NCBI GenBank assembly: GCA_963668355.1
Contig: OY764265.1
Span: 1,472,001-1,536,000, forward strand
DNA length: 64,000 nt
Source: Bdellovibrionota bacterium
Lineage (GTDB): Bacteria > Bdellovibrionota_G > JALEGL01 > DATDPG01
Direction of reading: 5' to 3'
The translations under genes were made by a program, and so were the position numbers. Shown in pieces: positions 59,195 to 64,000 of the stretch. The first letter of the stretch is position 1; every line of letters begins with the position of its first letter. A model generated the notes under the pieces. The model saw only the letters and a program-made list of their open reading frames with translations. It made no database searches and was not told the origin of the DNA.

Positions 59195-59375
59195 ATCCCC
59201 TCCACTTTCGCCGCGAGGCTATGTGTTTTGACCCCCAAGTATAAGGGGGGCTTCGTTGTTGCCGCTTCTGGGATCCTGATCGCGCCAGGCTCAACACTCC
59301 ACGGCAAGGGACGACTCCCATTCTAATCGTATCAGGTTAAAACATCATGGCCCGACACGTACGAAGTAGAGGGTC
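59195..59375 (-). ncRNA. ssrS: Probable 6S RNA
   Basis: About 180-nt ORF-free unit with paired ends (ACCCUCUACUU/AAGUGGAGGGG); 6S-like AACCUGAUAC..GGGAG and GGGGGUCAAA segments; own promoter and terminator. Confidence 0.8.
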
Positions 59376-59380
59376 TTTCT

Positions 59381-59408
59381 ATTGTATGCATGAAAGCTCT
59401 TCAGTCAA
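59381..59408 (-). promoter_or_regulatory. Sigma70 promoter of the 6S RNA
   Basis: TTGACT-N16-TACAAT. Confidence 0.75.
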
Positions 59409-59437
59409 TGGTAGAAAAACGACACGAAGTTGGGGAG

Positions 59438-60244
59438 TTACCCACCTAAATTTTTGAACTCCAGAGGAATGGGGGAAAAACACAAGATCATGAGGAGGTA
59501 GGTAAAGAGTCCCAATTGAAACCGACGGTGATCCAATGGGGTTTGGTCGTCCATGGGAGAAGGATGCTTTCGGGCTAAAAAGAACACGAGGAGTGAAAAG
59601 AGCAGCCACATTTTGTGAAACAAAAAGCCCATGATCAGGAGAATGAAAATCATCAGCCAAGAAAGCAACCGAGCTTTTCGAGGTCCGAACATTGCGTACA
59701 CCATATGTCCTCCATCCAATTGACCTGCGGGGATCAGGTTGATGGACGTGACCAAGAGTGATGCCCATCCGGCGAATGCCAAGGGGTGAAGAAAGACAGA
59801 CATGTTTTCAGGTATGGGTCCTTTCACAATCCAAACGATGGCTTGAAAGAGAAGGGGCTCGCCTAAAAGAATTTGGGGGCCGTTCGTGGGTGTTGGAATC
59901 ACATCGGAAAACAGGAGGCCCAAAAAAATCGCCGGAATGCCGAAAAAGAGTCCCACCAGAGGGCCTGCCACGCCGATATCAAACAAACCTTTTCGATGAG
60001 GAATCTGTCCCTTGATGGCAATCACAGCTCCGAGGGTTCCGAGGATGTTGAGCATGGGGATAAAGATGGGAAATGTTGCAGGGACGGCGTATCTGCGACA
60101 CGCAAAGAAATGTCCAAGCTCATGGGCTAAAAGAATGGTCATGATGGCGACTGCATACACGGGGCCTTGAAAAAGAGTGGCGGTAAAGAACGTAAGAACG
60201 AAAAGGCCACTATGAAGAAGCCATTTTTTGATTGCGGGACTCAT
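59438..60244 (-). CDS. Site-2 protease (M50 family)
   Basis: HELGH, FDIGVAGP, NLIPAGQLDGGH. Confidence 0.93.
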   Translation of the reverse strand: MSPAIKKWLLHSGLFVLTFFTATLFQGPVYAVAIMTILLAHELGHFFACRRYAVPATFPIFIPMLNILGTLGAVIAIKGQIPHRKGLFDIGVAGPLVGLFFGIPAIFLGLLFSDVIPTPTNGPQILLGEPLLFQAIVWIVKGPIPENMSVFLHPLAFAGWASLLVTSINLIPAGQLDGGHMVYAMFGPRKARLLSWLMIFILLIMGFLFHKMWLLFSLLVFFLARKHPSPMDDQTPLDHRRFQLGLFTYLLMILCFSPIPLEFKNLGG

Positions 60245-60249
60245 TCAAC

Positions 60250-61095
60250 CTAGGGTTCCAGAAGAATATTGTCGATGAGTCGTGTGGTTCCGAAAAAACC
60301 CGCCATTGCCATGACGGATTTTTCATTCACCTGTTCAATGGGGGCGAAATCTTTCCAAGCTCGAATTTCCAGGTATTGAAGTTCAAAAAGTTTAGCCGCT
60401 TTTAAATGTTCTAAGACCGTTTTTTGGATTTCGGCAGATTGATATTCTCCTTGTCTGAAGAGGCGGGCTCCCTTCGAAAGCGCAGAGAAGATGTGAGGAG
60501 CTTCTTCTCGCTCTTCCGGTGTCAAATACGTGTTTCGTGAACTCATGGCGAGCCCATCGTTCTCTCGTATGGTTGGACATCCAACGATGGAAAGGGGAAG
60601 GTTGAGGTCTTCCACCATTTTTTCCAAGACCCGCAATTGTTGTGCATCTTTTTGTCCGAAATAAGCGCGATCGGGTTGAATTGCATTGAATAGTTTTAAA
60701 ACCACCGTACACACACCTCGAAAATGACCGGGCCGACGAGCTCCACACAAGCCTTGGGATATTTCGGTTTCTTCTACATATGTGCTGAATCCTGGGGTGT
60801 ACATTTCTTCAGTGGAGGGAAAGAAAAGAAGGTCCACGCCAGATTTTTCGGCCAGTAGGGAGTCTTGGGTTAAATTTCGAGGATAGGCCGAAAAATCTTC
60901 CTTGGGTCCGAATTGCGTCGGATTTACGAAGATGCTCATGACGGAAATGTCATTTTCCTTGGCTGCCTGATGGGCCAAAGCCAAATGCCCTTCATGTAGG
61001 GCCCCCATGGTAGGGGTAAATCCAATCGTCTTTCCCAAAGACCGAAACCGGTCGAGCGTTTTTCTCGTTTCAGCGATGGTTTGGGTGACGATCAT
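60250..61095 (-). CDS. panC: Pantoate--beta-alanine ligase
   Basis: PTMGALHEGH, FVNPTQF, RPGHFRGV, FGQKDAQQ, GLAMSSRN, RLIDN. Confidence 0.98.
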   Translation of the reverse strand: MIVTQTIAETRKTLDRFRSLGKTIGFTPTMGALHEGHLALAHQAAKENDISVMSIFVNPTQFGPKEDFSAYPRNLTQDSLLAEKSGVDLLFFPSTEEMYTPGFSTYVEETEISQGLCGARRPGHFRGVCTVVLKLFNAIQPDRAYFGQKDAQQLRVLEKMVEDLNLPLSIVGCPTIRENDGLAMSSRNTYLTPEEREEAPHIFSALSKGARLFRQGEYQSAEIQKTVLEHLKAAKLFELQYLEIRAWKDFAPIEQVNEKSVMAMAGFFGTTRLIDNILLEP

Positions 61096-62267
61096 TTCTG
61101 GATTTTTTCAATTTCGTTCCAAAGATGTTTGGCGACTTCGGGTTTTGGAATGTTTGAGTGCTCAGCCTTTACGCCCGTTCGATCCAAAAAGACCACCGAT
61201 GTTTCGTTCTTAACGAAGCCTCGGGTTTCTTTTGAGACATAGTTGCCAACCAAAAAATCCAGACTCTTGGATTCCAGTTTGAGTTTGGCATTTGGAATGA
61301 GATTTTCCGTTTCTGCCGCGAAACCGACCACAACCATTTCAGGAGTTTTGTGTTTCGTGACGGAAGAAAGAATATCGACGTTTTTTTTCAGTTCGAGCTG
61401 GATCGTTTCGTGAGTTTTTTTGATCTTCTGGTCTTGGGCGACGGTTGGAGCATAATCCGATACGGCGGCGGTTCCGATGAAGTAGTCAGCAGGTAAAAGG
61501 GATTGAACGCACTCCAGCATTTCAACCGCGGACGTAACGGCATAGTTTTGCGTGTTTTGGGGGAGGGGCTCTGAGGTAGGCCCATGAACCAGATGCACCT
61601 CAGCGCCGCGATGGGCTGCTTCTTGGGCGATGGAAATGCCCATTTTTCCCGTGGAGGGATTGGAAAGGAAACGAACTGGATCCAAATATTCACGCGTGGC
61701 TCCAGTCGTGATGAGGACGCGTTTTCCTTGAAGACTTTGGGTTTGTTCGAGAACTTCCGAAACGATTTGAGTTGGGTCAGCCATTTTGCCCGGCCCAATT
61801 TCACCACAGGCCAATTCACCTTCCGCGGGCCAAACAATCTTTGTTCCTCGATCTTGCAATGACCGAAGATTGGTTTGCACCGTTGTGTGTTTCCACATTT
61901 GACTGTTCATGGCCGGAGCCAGGGTCACCCTTCCTTGAAAAGCCAAATAGACGGTCGAGACAACATCTGTGGCCGCTCCCGTGGCAAAGTTCGAAATTGT
62001 GTTTGCGGTCGCTGGGGCAATCACGAGTTCGTTGGCCCAACGGGCCAAGTCGATATGGGAAGTGCCGAAAGCATCGTCAGAAAAAAGATCGGTTGCGACA
62101 GGTTGTCGTGTTAAAGCCTCAAAGGAGAGTTTGGTCACAAATTTTTGAGCGGCTGAAGTCATCATGACCCGAACTGAGCAACCGCTTCGTTGAAACTCTC
62201 TGACCAGTTCACATGTTTTATAAGCAGAAATTCCTCCGCAGACGCCAACAAGTACGTTTCGAGACAT
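61092..62267 (-). CDS. coaBC: Bifunctional phosphopantothenoylcysteine decarboxylase/synthetase
   Basis: GGISAYK, APATAN, PAMN, GELACG, LDPVRFLSN, AAVSDY, GFAAET; start at MSRNV. Confidence 0.97.
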   Translation of the reverse strand: MSRNVLVGVCGGISAYKTCELVREFQRSGCSVRVMMTSAAQKFVTKLSFEALTRQPVATDLFSDDAFGTSHIDLARWANELVIAPATANTISNFATGAATDVVSTVYLAFQGRVTLAPAMNSQMWKHTTVQTNLRSLQDRGTKIVWPAEGELACGEIGPGKMADPTQIVSEVLEQTQSLQGKRVLITTGATREYLDPVRFLSNPSTGKMGISIAQEAAHRGAEVHLVHGPTSEPLPQNTQNYAVTSAVEMLECVQSLLPADYFIGTAAVSDYAPTVAQDQKIKKTHETIQLELKKNVDILSSVTKHKTPEMVVVGFAAETENLIPNAKLKLESKSLDFLVGNYVSKETRGFVKNETSVVFLDRTGVKAEHSNIPKPEVAKHLWNEIEKIQK

Positions 62268-62271
62268 TTCC

Positions 62272-63033
62272 TTATTTCTCCCTTTGGTTGCGATAAATTG
62301 AATGCAATCCATCCAACGCAAGTGTGGGTTCATTTTGAAGGTTCACGGATAAATGAGGCAGAATCAAACTCAAGGCCCCCCCCGTTCCAACATATTTTAA
62401 TTGGGGTTCCTTTAGTTCGTTTTTCATACGCGTCATGAGGCCCTCGACCATCAGAGCGTGTCCCAGGTATTCACCACTTGCGATCGCTGCATCTGTGGAG
62501 TTCCCGATAGCAACATCTGGTGTGCCGAGGAGTTTGGGCACAAGAAGGGCGGCAGAGGAGTAGAGCGCATTGAGTGAAACGCCAATTCCGGCTGAAATGG
62601 AACCTCCTCGAAAGACGCCTTGGGAGTCAATGGCGGCCAAGGTCGTAGCTGTTCCCATGCCGAGAACAATGAGTGGCGCACCGTACTTGGTGATGGCTCC
62701 TTCCATTTCCGCGATTCGGTCGGCGCCCAATTCTTGAGGGTTCGACAAAGCAATTTTAAACGAGAGAGGGGATCGATGGTCGATCACGTACAGTTCTGTT
62801 TCTTCCGACAATCGTTTGATTTCTTCCGTTGCCGTTGGAACTACGGAAGCCAACAAAATGGGTCCAGCTTTTTTGAGGGAAGTCCCTTCGGTGGCGAGAA
62901 AGGCTTCAAAGGTTTCTTTATATTCCTTGGTGGAATATTTGGGGAACGTGCCGATACGCCAATGTCGAATTCTTCGATTGGATTCATAAAGGCCTATGGC
63001 CACTTTCGTATTTCCGACGTCGATGGCGATCAA
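62272..63033 (-). CDS. coaX: Type III pantothenate kinase
   Basis: IDVGNT, ASVVP, LGADR, GTATT, TGG. Confidence 0.93.
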   Translation of the reverse strand: MIAIDVGNTKVAIGLYESNRRIRHWRIGTFPKYSTKEYKETFEAFLATEGTSLKKAGPILLASVVPTATEEIKRLSEETELYVIDHRSPLSFKIALSNPQELGADRIAEMEGAITKYGAPLIVLGMGTATTLAAIDSQGVFRGGSISAGIGVSLNALYSSAALLVPKLLGTPDVAIGNSTDAAIASGEYLGHALMVEGLMTRMKNELKEPQLKYVGTGGALSLILPHLSVNLQNEPTLALDGLHSIYRNQREK

Positions 63034-63806
63034 ACGGATGTCTCCTGCGTTCGTTCAATAAATTTTTTGGTGGAGTCCGTGATGATTTCTCGAATATTGG
63101 CCAGAGGTTTTGCAAAATTCGGAATTTTGGAGACGCTCAAGCCAATGAGGTCATGAAGCACTAGGATTTGCCCATCGCATTGGTCTCCGGATCCAATTCC
63201 GATGGTTGGGATGGATAGCTCTTGCGTGATGGTTGCAGCCAGAGACGGGGTGATGCATTCCAGAACCACGGAGAAGGCTCCAGATTTTTGAACTGCCAAA
63301 GCGTCGTTCATTAATCTTTCGGCGTCCTTTTCTCCTTTTCCCTGAATCCGATATCCTCCCAGAGCATTCACAGACTGAGGCGTTAAGCCGATATGTCCCA
63401 TGACCGGAATTCCGCAATCCACCAAGCGCGAAATGGTTTCAGCCTGGGAGATGCCCCCTTCAAGTTTAACGGCTTGGGCTCCAGCTTGACTCAGAAAGCG
63501 GGCGGCATTTTTGACGGCCGTTTTGATGGAAGGTTGATACGAACCAAAGGGCATGTCTCCGACCACCAGAGCACGTCGACTTCCTTTGGAAACGGCGCAC
63601 GTGTGCGCCAACATCATGTCCATGGTAACCGGCAGAGTATCCTCAAATCCGTAGACCATGTTTCCCGCTGAATCTCCCGCGAGGATGATGTCAATGCCCG
63701 CATCGTCGATCATTCGAGCCGTATGAAAATCGTAGGTGGCCAACGCCGAAATTTTCTTTTGATGTCTAAAATCCAGAATGTCCCGAATGGTTAATCGTTC
63801 CGTCAC
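63030..63806 (-). CDS. panB: 3-methyl-2-oxobutanoate hydroxymethyltransferase
   Basis: LAGDSAG, DMPFGSY, AVKLEGG, GHIGLTPQ, GQILVLHD. Confidence 0.98.
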   Translation of the reverse strand: MTERLTIRDILDFRHQKKISALATYDFHTARMIDDAGIDIILAGDSAGNMVYGFEDTLPVTMDMMLAHTCAVSKGSRRALVVGDMPFGSYQPSIKTAVKNAARFLSQAGAQAVKLEGGISQAETISRLVDCGIPVMGHIGLTPQSVNALGGYRIQGKGEKDAERLMNDALAVQKSGAFSVVLECITPSLAATITQELSIPTIGIGSGDQCDGQILVLHDLIGLSVSKIPNFAKPLANIREIITDSTKKFIERTQETSV

Positions 63807-63816
63807 GTTGATCTCC

Positions 63817-64000
63817 TTACGACTTTTTGAAGAGTTTTTCTCTCACATTTGAGCCCGTGGTTTCGATGAGGCTTTTTTTCCATCGATCCATTTCTCGTTT
63901 TGTATCTGAGAAGGAATGTTTAGCCTCTCGTTTCATTTGATTGGAAAAGTCTTGATTGCGGATGGCTTGAAAAATTTTGTGTAGCGTTTTTTTGAGTTCG
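63817..64000 (-). CDS. 3' end of a probable IlvC-like ketol-acid reductoisomerase (truncated by the window)
   Basis: Hand translation ELKKTLHKIFQAIRNQDFSNQMKRE...SLIETTGSNVREKLFKKS* resembles the class I IlvC C-terminal helix pattern (MKKILxxIQxGxFA..IExVGxxLR). Confidence 0.55.
   Translation of the reverse strand, partial: ELKKTLHKIFQAIRNQDFSNQMKREAKHSFSDTKREMDRWKKSLIETTGSNVREKLFKKS

Overview
Bacterial chromosomal window. Gene content and order (mfd-PPIase-PPIase-surA-pdxA, PilZ and DUF4388-type proteins, a MYXO-CTERM-like tail, many signal-peptide orphans) suggest a Bdellovibrionota/deltaproteobacteria-like organism (inference). Core genes: plsC, uvrA, phosphohexomutase, pdxA, three parvulin/SurA chaperones, mfd, aconitase, queE, queG, 2-oxoacid:ferredoxin oxidoreductase, degP-like protease, RpoH-like sigma factor, pruA, tRNA-Trp, a probable 6S RNA and a panB-coaX-coaBC-panC operon. 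The most notable signals are non-coding. (1) A ~1.1 kb stretch (32449-33546, minus strand) with no convincing ORF looks like a large structured RNA: candidate promoter, base-paired 5' and 3' ends, many GNRA-type hairpins and a recurring AAACCYTRAG-like motif. I cannot assign it to a known family. (2) A ~9 kb island (12.7-22 kb) of small secreted orphan genes, many bracketed by REP-like palindromes, includes a 105-bp mfd fragment that differs from the resident gene only at silent sites. (3) Three inserts are each bounded by direct repeats of a host gene end (mfd, a small ORF next to the large RNA, tRNA-Trp). All calls come from reading the sequence by eye; no searches or folding programs were run.
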